Below are positions 29,008 to 39,500 of a stretch of 64,000 bases of DNA, piece by piece. The position numbers and the translations under genes were made by a program. Source of the DNA: a bacterium (GTDB lineage: Bacteria > Oederibacteriota > Muellerivitia > Muellerivitales > Muellerivitaceae); the NCBI GenBank assembly GCA_035549195.1, contig DASZRK010000080.1, positions 36,376 through 100,375 on the forward strand, read 5' to 3'. Below the pieces are notes generated by a model. The model was not told the origin of the DNA and did no database searches. It saw only the letters and a list, made by a program, of their open reading frames with translations. How positions within the stretch are numbered: position 1 is the stretch's first letter; every line of letters starts with the position of its first letter.

Positions 29008-29802
29008 ATGCAGTCACTTTACACGGCGGCCACCGGTATGGCCGCCCAGCAGCTGAACATTGATACGATTTCCAATAATCTGGCCAATGTCAGCACCAGC
29101 GGATTCAAAAAGCAGCGGGTCGAGTTCCAAGACCTGCTTTACCTGAACCTAAAACCTTCAGGGGCCCCGACTTCCCCCGAAACGAACACTCCCGTAGGAC
29201 TTCAAGTGGGCGAGGGCGTAAAACCTGTGGCGACCCAGAGGATCTTCACCGAGGGAGCCATTCAAAATACCAACAACCCATTGGACATCCTGATCGAAGG
29301 CGATGACAGTTTCTTCCAAGTGACATTGCCGAACGGTGAAACGGCCTATACTCGCGATGGGTCCTTCAAGCGTGATGGGAATGGAAACGTGGTCACGTCC
29401 GATGGTTACTATCTGGATCCATCGATCCAGATCCCTGCGGACGCTTCCCAAGTTCAGATAACTCCGACCGGACAGATCCTCGTCCAAATAGCCGGTTCAT
29501 CCCAACAAACCCAAATCGGACAATTGGAATTGACAAGATTCGTGAATCCGGCTGGATTGGAAGCCAAGGGACATAATCTTTTCATGGCGACGGCCGCCTC
29601 CGGGGATCCGATCCAAGGTACGCCTGGGTCGGTCAGTTTCCCCACGGTCCAACAGGGATCTCTGGAATCGTCGAATGTGGATGTGGTCACGGAAATGGTG
29701 AACCTTATTGTGGCCCAACGCGCCTATGAAATGAACTCAAAGGCGGTTTCCACCTCGGACGACATGATGATGATCCTGGCGAACATGAAGCAATTTCCTT
29801 GA
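29008..29802 (+). CDS. flgG: flagellar distal rod protein FlgG
   Basis: MQSLYTAATGMAAQQLNIDTISNNLANVSTSGFKKQRVEFQDL and SNVDVVTEMVNLIVAQRAYEMNSKAVSTSDDMM are canonical FlgG. Confidence 0.93.
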   Translation: MQSLYTAATGMAAQQLNIDTISNNLANVSTSGFKKQRVEFQDLLYLNLKPSGAPTSPETNTPVGLQVGEGVKPVATQRIFTEGAIQNTNNPLDILIEGDDSFFQVTLPNGETAYTRDGSFKRDGNGNVVTSDGYYLDPSIQIPADASQVQITPTGQILVQIAGSSQQTQIGQLELTRFVNPAGLEAKGHNLFMATAASGDPIQGTPGSVSFPTVQQGSLESSNVDVVTEMVNLIVAQRAYEMNSKAVSTSDDMMMILANMKQFP

Positions 29803-29815
29803 TAACGCTTGAGCC

Positions 29816-30778
29816 ATGAAGGTCTTTGGGATTTGGACCATGATCGGGGTGAGTTGCCTGGCCTCTCTGGGGCATGCCGAAGTGATCCTGCGATTGTTGG
29901 ATAGAGCGACGGTTGTGGGGCCTCGGATAAGGCTTGGGGACATCGCCGAGGTTACGAGCGCCAAGGGAAAGCCAAACGCAGTTTTATCCAACTTGGATGT
30001 GGGAAGGGCGGCTCCGCCCGGGAAAACGGCAGTGTTCACCCGGTCGGGGCTAATCCTTTCCCTCCGGCGGGAAGATCTTTTTCAACCGGGAATGAAGTTC
30101 GGGGGGGCAGATAGGTGTTTGGTCCTGACCCAGAGCCAAAAACTCGAACCCGAAGGTCTTTTGCCAGACATACAAAACTTCGTCCAAAAACAGACCGGGG
30201 AGGACCCTGGGTTTTTGGCGGTGGGGTTCGAAGGGTCCCCTAAATCATTGGTTCTGCCGGCCGGAGATGTCACCGTTAGATTGAAACCGAACGTGTCCGG
30301 CCGCTATGAAGGGATAATGACCCTTCAAGCGGATTTGAGTGTTGATGGACGCTTTATCCGCACAACAACGTTCCGTATCCGTGTGGATCGGTTTCGGCCG
30401 GTGGTAAAGACGACACGGGCGGTTGAAAAGGGAGAAAAGTTCACATCGAAAAACGTCGCTTTGGCGCGGTTCCCGGGCAATTTCAGTTTGAAAGGCGGGT
30501 TTACCGACCTAAAACAAGTGTTGGGGCGGTTTTCGTCCTCGGCCTTGGCACCTGAAACAATGCTGCGGGTAACCGATCTCTATGATCCGCCGGTCATCGT
30601 TCATGGACGGGTGGTGGAGGCCGTGGTCCGGAAGGGAAATGTCGAGATCTCCGTTCAGGTAAGGGCCATCGAGGATGGGAAGATGGGGGATGTGATCCGA
30701 GTTGAGAATACTGATTCCCATAAAATACTGAAGGGTAAGGTGTTGGACGAGAAGAAAGTGTTAGTAGAGGGGTCTTGA
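29816..30778 (+). CDS. flgA: flagellar P-ring assembly chaperone FlgA (long form, 320 aa)
   Basis: Signal peptide. SAF/FlgA-like C-terminal domain (VVIVHGRVVEAVVRKGNVEISVQVRAIEDGKMGDVIRVENTDSHKILKGKVLDEKKV). Located directly upstream of flgH/flgI. Confidence 0.7.
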   Translation: MKVFGIWTMIGVSCLASLGHAEVILRLLDRATVVGPRIRLGDIAEVTSAKGKPNAVLSNLDVGRAAPPGKTAVFTRSGLILSLRREDLFQPGMKFGGADRCLVLTQSQKLEPEGLLPDIQNFVQKQTGEDPGFLAVGFEGSPKSLVLPAGDVTVRLKPNVSGRYEGIMTLQADLSVDGRFIRTTTFRIRVDRFRPVVKTTRAVEKGEKFTSKNVALARFPGNFSLKGGFTDLKQVLGRFSSSALAPETMLRVTDLYDPPVIVHGRVVEAVVRKGNVEISVQVRAIEDGKMGDVIRVENTDSHKILKGKVLDEKKVLVEGS

Positions 30779-30790
30779 CCCCGGGAGGTT

Positions 30791-31414
30791 TTGGAGATGA
30801 TGCGTTTTTTAAGATTTTTGACGTTGTTTCTTCTTTTTTTATCCGTGATTTCTAGGTCTTTGGCCGACTCCCTTTATCCGGCCGAGGGAACTAATTCCAT
30901 TTACAATGAAAAACGTGCTAGACGGGTGGGGGATGTCATTACGGTGCTTATCAATGAGAGCACAAATGCCACTCAGGCGGCTAGCAGCCAGAATCAAAAA
31001 GCTTCAAGCTTGGCGTTGGGAGCGGGATCCGGTTTCCTTGGCGCGGGGGTTTACGGGACCAACATTTTGAACACCAATAGCCAGGTGGGTGTGGGAGCAA
31101 GCGCGGCCCATCAGGGGCAAGGAACTTCCAGCCGAAGCACTACGGTGACCGGACAAATGACCGCTAAGATCATTTCGGTCCTCCCGAGCGGTAATTATCA
31201 GATCGAAGGAAGCCGTTATGTGGAAGTCAACGAGGAAAAACAAACCGTTGAAGTGACCGGGGAAATCCGTCCGGACGATATCTCTAGTGATAACACGGTC
31301 TCTTCGTTGCGGATCGCCAATGCCAAGATCAAGTTAACGGGAACCGGGCCGGCGTCAGAAACGGCCAAGCCAGGACTTTTGACAAGGGTCCTGGGTTGGC
31401 TGGGCCTTTTCTAG
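30791..31414 (+). CDS. flgH: flagellar L-ring lipoprotein FlgH
   Basis: Lipoprotein-like signal, SLYPAEGTNSIYNEKRARRVGDVITVLINESTNATQAASS and LTVTGQMTAKIISVLPSGNYQIEGSRYVEVNEEKQTVEVTGEIRPDDIS match the FlgH family. Confidence 0.88.
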   Translation: MEMMRFLRFLTLFLLFLSVISRSLADSLYPAEGTNSIYNEKRARRVGDVITVLINESTNATQAASSQNQKASSLALGAGSGFLGAGVYGTNILNTNSQVGVGASAAHQGQGTSSRSTTVTGQMTAKIISVLPSGNYQIEGSRYVEVNEEKQTVEVTGEIRPDDISSDNTVSSLRIANAKIKLTGTGPASETAKPGLLTRVLGWLGLF

Positions 31415-31437
31415 CCACTTTCAAAGTAGGAGTGACC

Positions 31438-32541
31438 ATGCTTGGGAGAATCGTTTGTTCGCTGGTGATCCTAATGACCTTCAACCCGCTTTGGGCGGCT
31501 CAGGTCCGGTTGAAGACCATTGCGCAGGTCAAAGGTGTCCGTGAGAACCAATTGATCGGTTATGGATTGGTCGTTGGTTTGCAACGGACCGGTGACACGC
31601 AAAGGGTCAAGTCGACGCTACAAAGCATAACCAATATGCTTTCTCAATTCGGGATCGTGATCAAACCGGCCGATATCCGGACACAGAATGTTGCGGCGGT
31701 CATGGTCACGGCCCAATTACCACCCTTGTTGAAATCGGGTGATAAGATCGATGTGACCGTTTCCTCTGTCGGGGATGCCCGTAGTCTGCAAGGCGGGACT
31801 CTTTTGATGACGCCATTACAGGGTCCGGACGGGCAAGTCTATGCCGTGGCCCAAGGTCCGTTGGCGGTCGGTGGTTTTTCCGATAATACGGGTGAATTTC
31901 CGTTGGTGCAGGTCAACCACACGACAGCTGGAAGGGTGCCGAATGGTGCCTTGGTCGAGCGTGAAGTGCCTTCCACCTTTGTGGATAACGATACGGTCAC
32001 CATTTTGCTGGACCATCCGGATTTTGGACAAGCTTCTTTGGTGACCCAGGCCATCAACCAGCAGTTCGGTGAGCCGGTCGCGAAAGCGGTCGATGGAGGC
32101 CAGGTGGATGTGAAGATCCCTTATAACTACCGAGACGATGTCGTGGCTTTTTTGGCCGCGGTCCAGGATGTCTCGGTGGCGACGGATTCACCCGCCAATC
32201 GCGTGGTCGTGAATGAAAAAACTGGGACCGTAGTCCTTGGGCAGGACGTTCGCATCGATGCGGTCGCTATCGCCCATGGAAATCTTCGCTTGGTGATCAA
32301 AAAGACAACCCAAATCACTCACGATGCCGTTTTTGGACACGATGAACTGACCCACACCACGACGGTTTCCTCCGATGACCTTGGGAAGAAAGGGAACTTG
32401 GTGGTCCTGCCGGAAGGCGCCACTTTGATGGATGTCGTCGAAGCGGTCAACGCAGTCGGCGCCACACCACGAGACCTTATTTCGATCCTTCAGGCTGTCA
32501 AGGCGGAAGGCGCCCTGCACGCCGAGTTGGAGATACTTTAG
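31438..32541 (+). CDS. flgI: flagellar P-ring protein FlgI
   Basis: Signal peptide MLGRIVCSLVILMTFNPLWAA, then RLKTIAQVKGVRENQLIGYGLVVGLQRTGD (FlgI N-terminal signature). AGGAG RBS 6 nt upstream of ATG 31438. Track ORF begins at 31396 overlapping flgH. Confidence 0.9.
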   Translation: MLGRIVCSLVILMTFNPLWAAQVRLKTIAQVKGVRENQLIGYGLVVGLQRTGDTQRVKSTLQSITNMLSQFGIVIKPADIRTQNVAAVMVTAQLPPLLKSGDKIDVTVSSVGDARSLQGGTLLMTPLQGPDGQVYAVAQGPLAVGGFSDNTGEFPLVQVNHTTAGRVPNGALVEREVPSTFVDNDTVTILLDHPDFGQASLVTQAINQQFGEPVAKAVDGGQVDVKIPYNYRDDVVAFLAAVQDVSVATDSPANRVVVNEKTGTVVLGQDVRIDAVAIAHGNLRLVIKKTTQITHDAVFGHDELTHTTTVSSDDLGKKGNLVVLPEGATLMDVVEAVNAVGATPRDLISILQAVKAEGALHAELEIL

Positions 32542-32549
32542 GAGTCGTT

Positions 32550-33023
32550 TTGCCACCGATCCCAGCTTCCATTATGCCTGTGTTTCCTTCGGGGACCTTT
32601 CAGGTTTCCGACTTGGCTTCCTTTGGGAAATTTGGGAAGGCCTTTGCCCTCAACCCCGGAATGGCCTCCAACGCGGTCAATCAGGTCATGATGGGACAGT
32701 CGGGACTGAATTACCTGACCTTGGCGCAAGGTCCACAGGGTCTGAATCCCCTGAAGGGGCCGGTATCCCACTCAGATGCCGAGATCAAGCAGGTCGCCAA
32801 GAACTTCGAATCCATATTTCTTGAGATGATGATGAAAGAAATGCGTAATTCGGTCCAGAAATCGGGGCTCATGGGAAATTCCAGGGGCATGGAGTTTTTT
32901 GAAGGTATGTACGACGAACAGTTAAGCCGCCAATTGTCCGCCGGTGGGGGTATTGGCTTGGGCCAAATGGTCTATGAAAAATTGAAAATGGCGACCGTTC
33001 CTCATCAAAAAATCTTTTCATGA
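32550..33023 (+). CDS. flgJ: FlgJ-like rod-binding protein (rod-binding domain only, no muramidase domain)
   Basis: AKNFESIFLEMMMKEMRNSVQ...FEGMYDEQLSRQLSAGGGIGLGQMVYEKL matches the FlgJ N-terminal rod-binding domain. 157 aa with no glucosaminidase/peptidase part. Confidence 0.7.
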   Translation: MPPIPASIMPVFPSGTFQVSDLASFGKFGKAFALNPGMASNAVNQVMMGQSGLNYLTLAQGPQGLNPLKGPVSHSDAEIKQVAKNFESIFLEMMMKEMRNSVQKSGLMGNSRGMEFFEGMYDEQLSRQLSAGGGIGLGQMVYEKLKMATVPHQKIFS

Positions 33024-33439
33024 AACTGGCCAATTGTTCCCGTTGTGGGCTGGTCTTTGCCTTCGTTCCGGGAACACGTGATATTTGTCCCACCTGTATT
33101 CGTCGGGAAGATGAGGATTATCTGAAAATTTTCCATTATTTAACGGAGCGGCCAAGTGCCTCTGCACCTGAGATCGCCGACGCCACCGGTGTGGATATAA
33201 AGGAAATACTCCGCTTTGTTAGGGAAAATCGTCTTCGATTGGTCAAAACTGGCGTTGATCTCCAATGTGAAAGTTGCGGGGCATCAGTTACCCAAGGAAA
33301 ACTATGTGATTCTTGCGTAAGAAAGTTGACAACTGAAATGAAGGATGAAGTTGGAAAAAGCCCTAAAATGACCCCAAAAGACCCGCCAAAAGACCTCACC
33401 CGCGATCCTAAATACCTGAAGGACCGTAGGGGCCGTTAA
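33020..33439 (+). CDS. YvyF-like flagellar-operon zinc-ribbon protein (TIGR03826-like family, as in Bacillus yvyF-flgM operon)
   Basis: MKLANCSRCGLVFAFVPGTRDICPTCIRREDEDYLKIFHYL...CESCG...CDSC. Four CxxC pairs and an N-terminus very similar to recalled Bacillus YvyF. Located directly upstream of flgM. Confidence 0.65.
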   Translation: MKLANCSRCGLVFAFVPGTRDICPTCIRREDEDYLKIFHYLTERPSASAPEIADATGVDIKEILRFVRENRLRLVKTGVDLQCESCGASVTQGKLCDSCVRKLTTEMKDEVGKSPKMTPKDPPKDLTRDPKYLKDRRGR

Positions 33440-33454
33440 TTTAGCCTTTTAAAC

Positions 33455-33481
33455 TCAAGTTTTTACCCAAAACTCCGTTAG
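33455..33481 (+). promoter_or_regulatory. weak sigma-28-like promoter candidate upstream of flgM (TCAAGTTT-N11-TCCGTTAG)
   Basis: 7/8 match to TAAAGTTT at -35, 11-nt spacer, CCGTTA core shared with the stronger site at 39670. ~29 nt upstream of flgM ATG. Confidence 0.3.
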
Positions 33482-33509
33482 GTAAGCCAGCAAACCTAAG
33501 GAGATTCCC

Positions 33510-33797
33510 ATGCGGATCGATTCGTTCCAAAACATCCCTGCCGTTCTTCAGTCCTTGAACGCTCAAAAGGCCATCAAATCAACCAGGGAGATCGAAGAGA
33601 GGCCTTCTTCGGTGACGTTAAGTTCCTTTGCCGAAACTCTTCAGGCCTTGCAAAGAGAGGCGGGGAAATCCACCGCTGCCAGGGCCGATCGCGTCGATCA
33701 TTTGTCCCAACAAGAACAGTCCGGTCGATTGAATATCCAGACGGAAAAATTGGCGGAGAATTTGGTGGACGGCCGGATCATCAATTTTAAAGGTTGA
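33510..33797 (+). CDS. flgM: anti-sigma-28 factor FlgM
   Basis: 95 aa. C-terminal sigma-28-binding region with ...RADRVDHLSQQEQSGRLNIQTEKLAENLVDGRII is FlgM-like. In yvyF-flgM-flgN-flgK order. Confidence 0.75.
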   Translation: MRIDSFQNIPAVLQSLNAQKAIKSTREIEERPSSVTLSSFAETLQALQREAGKSTAARADRVDHLSQQEQSGRLNIQTEKLAENLVDGRIINFKG

Positions 33798-33800
33798 AAA

Positions 33801-34286
33801 ATGACGGAAACGACCCTGTCCTTGATCGAAGCGATCGAGAAGGAAACGGTACACTACAGACGGTTGACCGAATTGGGTGAAGCCCAAAGGGGGATATTGG
33901 TGTCCGGAAAGATGGAGCCATTGAATGAAAATATTCGGCTCCAAGAAAAAGAAGTCTTTGCCTTGGGTCCCTTGGTTTCGGCCAGGGTCGAACTGTTGGA
34001 AAAAATGGGCCGCCAAACGGGGCAGACAAAGTTGGATCTTAAGGAGGCCCTCCGGTTGGCCCCTGCTGGATTATCAGGGCGCATGCGAGAGGTGGTCGGC
34101 CGATTGCTGGATGCGGTAAAAAAATTAGACGAAACAAATAGGGTGAATGGCAAGCTTTTGGGCAATGCTGCTTCGTTCGCCTCTTTTACCCTGGAGGCGA
34201 TCCGGGGCACGAGGAAAAAATCAACTTTTTCCCCTATGGCGAAAACCGAAAGCGAAAAGCCGTCTTTTGTGAATCGAGTGGTTTGA
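33801..34286 (+). CDS. flgN: flagellar export chaperone FlgN (for FlgK/FlgL)
   Basis: 161 aa helical protein between flgM and flgK. LIEAIEKETVHYRRLTELGEAQRGILVSGKMEPL resembles the FlgN N-terminus. Confidence 0.65.
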   Translation: MTETTLSLIEAIEKETVHYRRLTELGEAQRGILVSGKMEPLNENIRLQEKEVFALGPLVSARVELLEKMGRQTGQTKLDLKEALRLAPAGLSGRMREVVGRLLDAVKKLDETNRVNGKLLGNAASFASFTLEAIRGTRKKSTFSPMAKTESEKPSFVNRVV

Positions 34287-34296
34287 GGGAGCTGAA

Positions 34297-36582
34297 ATGA
34301 TAAACAGTTACCAGAGCCTTTATACCATCACCAATGGTTTGATCTTGCAGCAGCTTCAGCAAGAGATAAATGCTTCAAATATCTCCAATCCATCCCAGGA
34401 TGCGAATGGATATTTGATCAATAGTCTTCAAAGAGTGAACCCGGGCCAGGGGGCCCCTCTCATCTTCGGGGGAGCCAATGGCAATTTGGCCGTTGGAACC
34501 GGCCCTACCCTGCAGTCGATCACCCGATTACGCGATTCGTTTCTGGATGCCCAGATCCAGAACGAGAGTTCGGTCCTCGGGTTTGCGGAGGTCCTGGCCA
34601 ATACCTCGGCTTCTGGAATACTCGATCGGATCAATGCCATCGTGAATGGAACGAGCACACTTGATGGTTCATTGAGTTCATTTGCGGCCGCCTGGGGTAA
34701 CCTCGCCGCTGATCCACTCAATGCGGCCCTGCAAAATTCAGTGGTTCAAGCAGGGAAAAATTTCGCCCAAACCGCCAATTCGGAGTACGCCCAACTCCAA
34801 GACCTTTTGAATTCCAATGGTGCGCAGATCCAATCGACCGTCGCCAAAATCAATGGGATCCTTGGACAATTGAATTCCATTAATAAACAGCTACTAAATT
34901 CCCAGGGCGCCAATGTGAATGGTCTTTTGGATGTCAGGGATTATGCCCTGGATCTTTTGTCCCGTCTTATAAATATCCAGGTTAATTTTGGGACGGCGGG
35001 AACAGTTGATGTTTTTCTCGCGAATAGCTCGCTTACGTTACTTGATAATTCTGGGAGAGCACTTTTTCAAACAAATGTTTCCAATCAGAATTATCCGGGA
35101 ATGGTTGGTGTGACGATTCAATCGCCACAAGGGGGCTTTTATGGTGGGTCCAATTCTTCGGGGGGGCCTGTCCCGAACGACCTTTCCCGATTGATAACCG
35201 GAGGGAATTTGGGCGGGGAACTTCAGGCCCAAATGATCATTCATGATTATCAAAGCAAGGTCGATCAAATCGCTTTTTCGACCTTATCCGTTACTAATAG
35301 CATCCATGAGGCGGGTTATGCCGGAGATGGAGTGACGACCGGGACGGCCTTTTTTTCCGGTTTGAGCGCACAAGACATTGCACTTAATCCAGCCTTGTTG
35401 GCTAACGGCAATCTGGTTGCCGCATCTCTTTTCCCTAACTTTGACCCAAATTATGCTGCGGCCAATCCCGCCACTCCCGGGATCACCTATCAAGGGACCA
35501 TAGCTGAATACCTTTCAAACCTCCCGAATTTATTGTCGAACAATTTCATGGAAAGCAATTCGCCGGTTGCTTTGGCCTATTTTGATCCGACTGTCACTCT
35601 CAATACGCCGGGTCTTCAAAAAACACCAACGAGCGGTAATTTTTCGGTCAATGGAGTGTCGGTCACCTACAATGCGGCAACCGATACGATCGATACGATC
35701 CTGGCGAAAATCACTCAAGCCGATCCGAGTGTTTATGCCGTTTATAATGCACAAACGTCTCAGTTCTTCCTTTATTCCCAAAAACCGATAACCGTCAGTC
35801 CTGGGACGAGCAATTTCGTTTCCGGGATAAATAATTGGAGTTTTTTAGCCAATTATTTGACGAGCTCGATCCGTATGAATAGTTCCTTGAACCCGCTATT
35901 TTCTCAGATCGATTATTATGAGTTCACTTTGCCTGTTCCCGATCCGTCGAGCCTGAATTCGACATTGCCGAGCACAACGCAGTTCAATACGGGCCCCAAC
36001 TCCATTTCCTTTAAGATCGTTCCAAGCGCAAATGGGACCTTCTCTTTATATCCGCCGTTGCCTACAGGGAACCAATTCAATTGGGATAACACGATGTCGC
36101 TTGGGGCTATTGGCAACATGATAAGTGCCTTTTATGGGGCTGCTAATGTGACCTTTAGTTGGGATTCCAACACGCAAACCCTTTCTTTGATCAATTACTT
36201 GCCCAATCCCATGAATATTGTTGATGTGACCGGAAATTTTACCCAGTTCACTGGACTTAATTCGAGCCAGCCGCTTGGGAGCCTTTCTTCCGGTCTTTTA
36301 GGGCGGGTTGATTCGGATCTTTTGACGGCGAAAGCGACGGAAAGCCAAGCCGCGAATTCTTTACAGCAATTGAACACCGCCCAGGCGAACATCGCTGGGG
36401 TATCGACTTCCGGAAGCACTCCCGGAGTTCCCATTGCCAATATCCAACAGCAAGCCATGCAGGACCTCATCACCTATAACGCCATGCTTCAGGTCCTGCA
36501 GGTGATCGACCAGATGTACGCGGACCTAGTCACCATGACGGGGAGCAATAACACGGGTAATTTTTTCCAGAATAGGGCTTAA
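34297..36582 (+). CDS. flgK: flagellar hook-associated protein 1 FlgK (long, 761 aa)
   Basis: N-terminal rod/hook heptad region with NISNPSQDANGY (compare NIAN.NT.GY.RQ). C-terminal conserved helix QQQAMQDLITYNAMLQVLQVIDQMYADLV. Position after flgN. Confidence 0.7.
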   Translation: MINSYQSLYTITNGLILQQLQQEINASNISNPSQDANGYLINSLQRVNPGQGAPLIFGGANGNLAVGTGPTLQSITRLRDSFLDAQIQNESSVLGFAEVLANTSASGILDRINAIVNGTSTLDGSLSSFAAAWGNLAADPLNAALQNSVVQAGKNFAQTANSEYAQLQDLLNSNGAQIQSTVAKINGILGQLNSINKQLLNSQGANVNGLLDVRDYALDLLSRLINIQVNFGTAGTVDVFLANSSLTLLDNSGRALFQTNVSNQNYPGMVGVTIQSPQGGFYGGSNSSGGPVPNDLSRLITGGNLGGELQAQMIIHDYQSKVDQIAFSTLSVTNSIHEAGYAGDGVTTGTAFFSGLSAQDIALNPALLANGNLVAASLFPNFDPNYAAANPATPGITYQGTIAEYLSNLPNLLSNNFMESNSPVALAYFDPTVTLNTPGLQKTPTSGNFSVNGVSVTYNAATDTIDTILAKITQADPSVYAVYNAQTSQFFLYSQKPITVSPGTSNFVSGINNWSFLANYLTSSIRMNSSLNPLFSQIDYYEFTLPVPDPSSLNSTLPSTTQFNTGPNSISFKIVPSANGTFSLYPPLPTGNQFNWDNTMSLGAIGNMISAFYGAANVTFSWDSNTQTLSLINYLPNPMNIVDVTGNFTQFTGLNSSQPLGSLSSGLLGRVDSDLLTAKATESQAANSLQQLNTAQANIAGVSTSGSTPGVPIANIQQQAMQDLITYNAMLQVLQVIDQMYADLVTMTGSNNTGNFFQNRA

Positions 36583-36593
36583 GGGAAACGAAC

Positions 36594-39500
36594 TTGAAGC
36601 GGATCGAAGACCTTCTCAATTCATTGCTGACCAAGCCCCAAGACAAGACCGGGATTTCTACGGGCTCGCCCGCGAAAGGGGCCGGGGAACAGAGCGCCAC
36701 CTTCGGTCAGGTCCTTGCCCAGATCACCCAAGGTCAGAATGCCGTCGGGAACCAGGGGTTGAACGCCCCTACGGGATCCTCCCAGAACTCCCCGGCGGCT
36801 CTTAGCGGCCCACACACGAATTTGGTCCCCGGGGTCGTTGCCGATTCGTTCCAAGGATCGGTCTCCCAGGTCTCGATAACGGTCACCGAGACCCTTCGGA
36901 ACGCCACCCGGGATCAGGTTCGACAAGCTGAGCAAACCCTTCAGAACCTCATGACGGGTCTTTTGACCCTTCTGCAAGGGCTTTCCGCCTCTGGGGCCTC
37001 GAAAGGGATCAGCCAAGAGCAGGCCCAAGCCCTAAACGCGAGCTTGGAGTTGACCCCTGCGGACCTTCAATCGATCTCGAACCTTCTACAACCTTTCACT
37101 CAAAAGCTTCCGGAAGATCAAAATCCGTTTTCATTGGATAGGGACCAACAGGCAAGGCTCCTAGCCCAAATGGTCCAACAAATGCTGAGTGCCCAACAGG
37201 TTCTTTTTGGGACGCCGGGGCGGGGGAATGGTGATCAGGCACAGTTTTCTTCCATACAGGGCATTGGTCAAACGGCAAGGGTCACTGGATCTACCACTAT
37301 CCTTCGATTGAGCTTTTCCGATCTCCAAGTGAACGCGTTCCAAAACCAAGAGGGCCAATCGAGCCGGATCTCCATCGATATGGAAAGCTTCAAAATGTCC
37401 GCGACCTTCATCCAGGCCGAGTCGAAGGGCCGACCGCTGGTTTTGCCCCAAGGCATGACCGCCTTGAACGACTCGAACATTTCGGAGGATCTGACCCAAA
37501 AACTCCAGCAAGCTCTTGCCGCCGTCCAAGATCAGCAGGGTCCAATGCCTTCGAATCAGTCGAATTCTTTCAACCAGGTTCTGAAGCCCGAAACATTGGC
37601 CAATTTCAAAGAATTGGTCCAATTGCTCATGCAATCCGGGGTGACCCGGGCCGCTCTGACCTCCTTCATGAACCGGAATCAGGAAAACGCGAACCAGAAC
37701 CCGAATAATCCCTCGGCGCCCTTGGGCGAAAGGGGCCAGGTCTTGGCCCCGAAAACGCCCAGCGAAATTCTTTTGTTGCCGGTTGAAGGGGCTCCGAATG
37801 TTTCCTCCACGCCTACTTTCGAGGTCTCGCGGAATTTGGCTTCCCAATTGAATCAAATTTCGTCCCAGCTGACGGAAGGGAACGTGGCTGTCGTTCCGGC
37901 CTCGAACGGAGACCTGAGCCCGCAGACTTCGTTGCGGTCGGAAACGACCGTTCAAAGTTCCTCGGCTTCTCAAGGGGAAGTTCCCCCGACAACCGCGTTT
38001 GGCCCCGTAGGCGTTCTTTCGTCTGCCCTCGAACCGAACCCTGAAATGGTGGGCCCGATTCATCCTTCGGCCCAAAGCGTGGGGAACGCGCCATTCATGA
38101 GACCGGCGGGGAACGTTCAAACCCACCAAGAGATCCAAGACAAGGTCATCCAAAACGATAATGTTTCTAAACTGAACACGGCTTCACTCCACGCAACGCA
38201 AGGGAGTTTGACCTTTGGGGACCTTCATCCTTTTTCCAGCCAGGTCTATACTCTGAACCAAGTGACAGGATCACAAGCTGCGACACAATTGAACAGCCCG
38301 ATCCCGGCCGTTTTGAGTGGGAGTCCCTCGGTGCCCCAAAACACTCCTGAGGTTCCTCCGGTCGAGGTGGCCTTGAGAACGCAGACCATCAAAGCTGAAG
38401 TTACGGCTGCTTTGGATCTAGGACGATCGACGTCCCGGAGTGCGAATGGGAATACCCCAGCACTCCAGGTTGGAGGAGAGATTTCTCGATCTTCGACCCA
38501 ATCGGTCTTGCCGATCGAGGTTCTTAACAATCCTACTCTGCCCGAGCCAACAGCTACCAATACTGGGCTGAATGAGACAAAAATTCCTGCGGTTGCGGCA
38601 TCCGATTTGTCGCCCAATTCGATAAGTATTCCCACGAGCGCATCCCAGGCGGATCTGTTTAAGGGGAACCTCCAGACCACCGTTCCGAACGACCATGGAG
38701 TCACCGATACTTCCCGTCCGGGGACATTGCCCCATACAGTGCCGGCCCCAGCCTTGATCCCAGCTCCGGGACCTGCGTACCAGGGCCAAGTGGCGCAATC
38801 CCAAGGGATGATACCTCCAGTGCCGACCTCCACCACGCCCCTGGTCCCGTTCACGGCCACAGCTGGCGAGGGCCTAAAGGCGGAACTACAACCGCAGATG
38901 TTGCAAGGAACCTTGAACGCGGGACGAACGGTCCCGGTGGGGTCCTTCCAACCTGATCAAACCATCAAAGTTCAAGCCCCGGAAGGCGTGACACCGATCG
39001 TTTCTGTTACAGGAACCGACTCCTCTAATCAGGTTTTGTCGGCAACCGATAAGAGTGATCCAAAAGATACAACTTCTTTGGATATCGCCACCCTTCTTGC
39101 CTCGACCGGATCAGGGGTCTCCCGACCTGAAGATTCTTTGAAATTCGCCCAAAATATGAATAATTTGTCCAATAACCCAAGGTTTTCCATGGACCAGAAC
39201 CAGATCTATGACTTGGTTTCGGCCCAATTGACCACCCAACTAGTTCAGGCACGGAATGTCTCCCGCCTTAACTTTCAGCTTGTCCCAGAATCCCTAGGCA
39301 AGGTGACCGTCCAAATAGCGCTGGTGGATCAGTCCCTTTCGGCGAGGATCTTTGTTTCCAACCCCGAGGTCCGGGAAGCCGTCCAGAACCATTTGGTCGA
39401 TCTCCGGGCCAGCCTCAGCCAAGCGGGCCTCCAGATCGATCAACTGCAAGTCCAAGTCCAGGGGGGCGGGGCCAATCTTTTGGGCCAGTATTACCAATAT

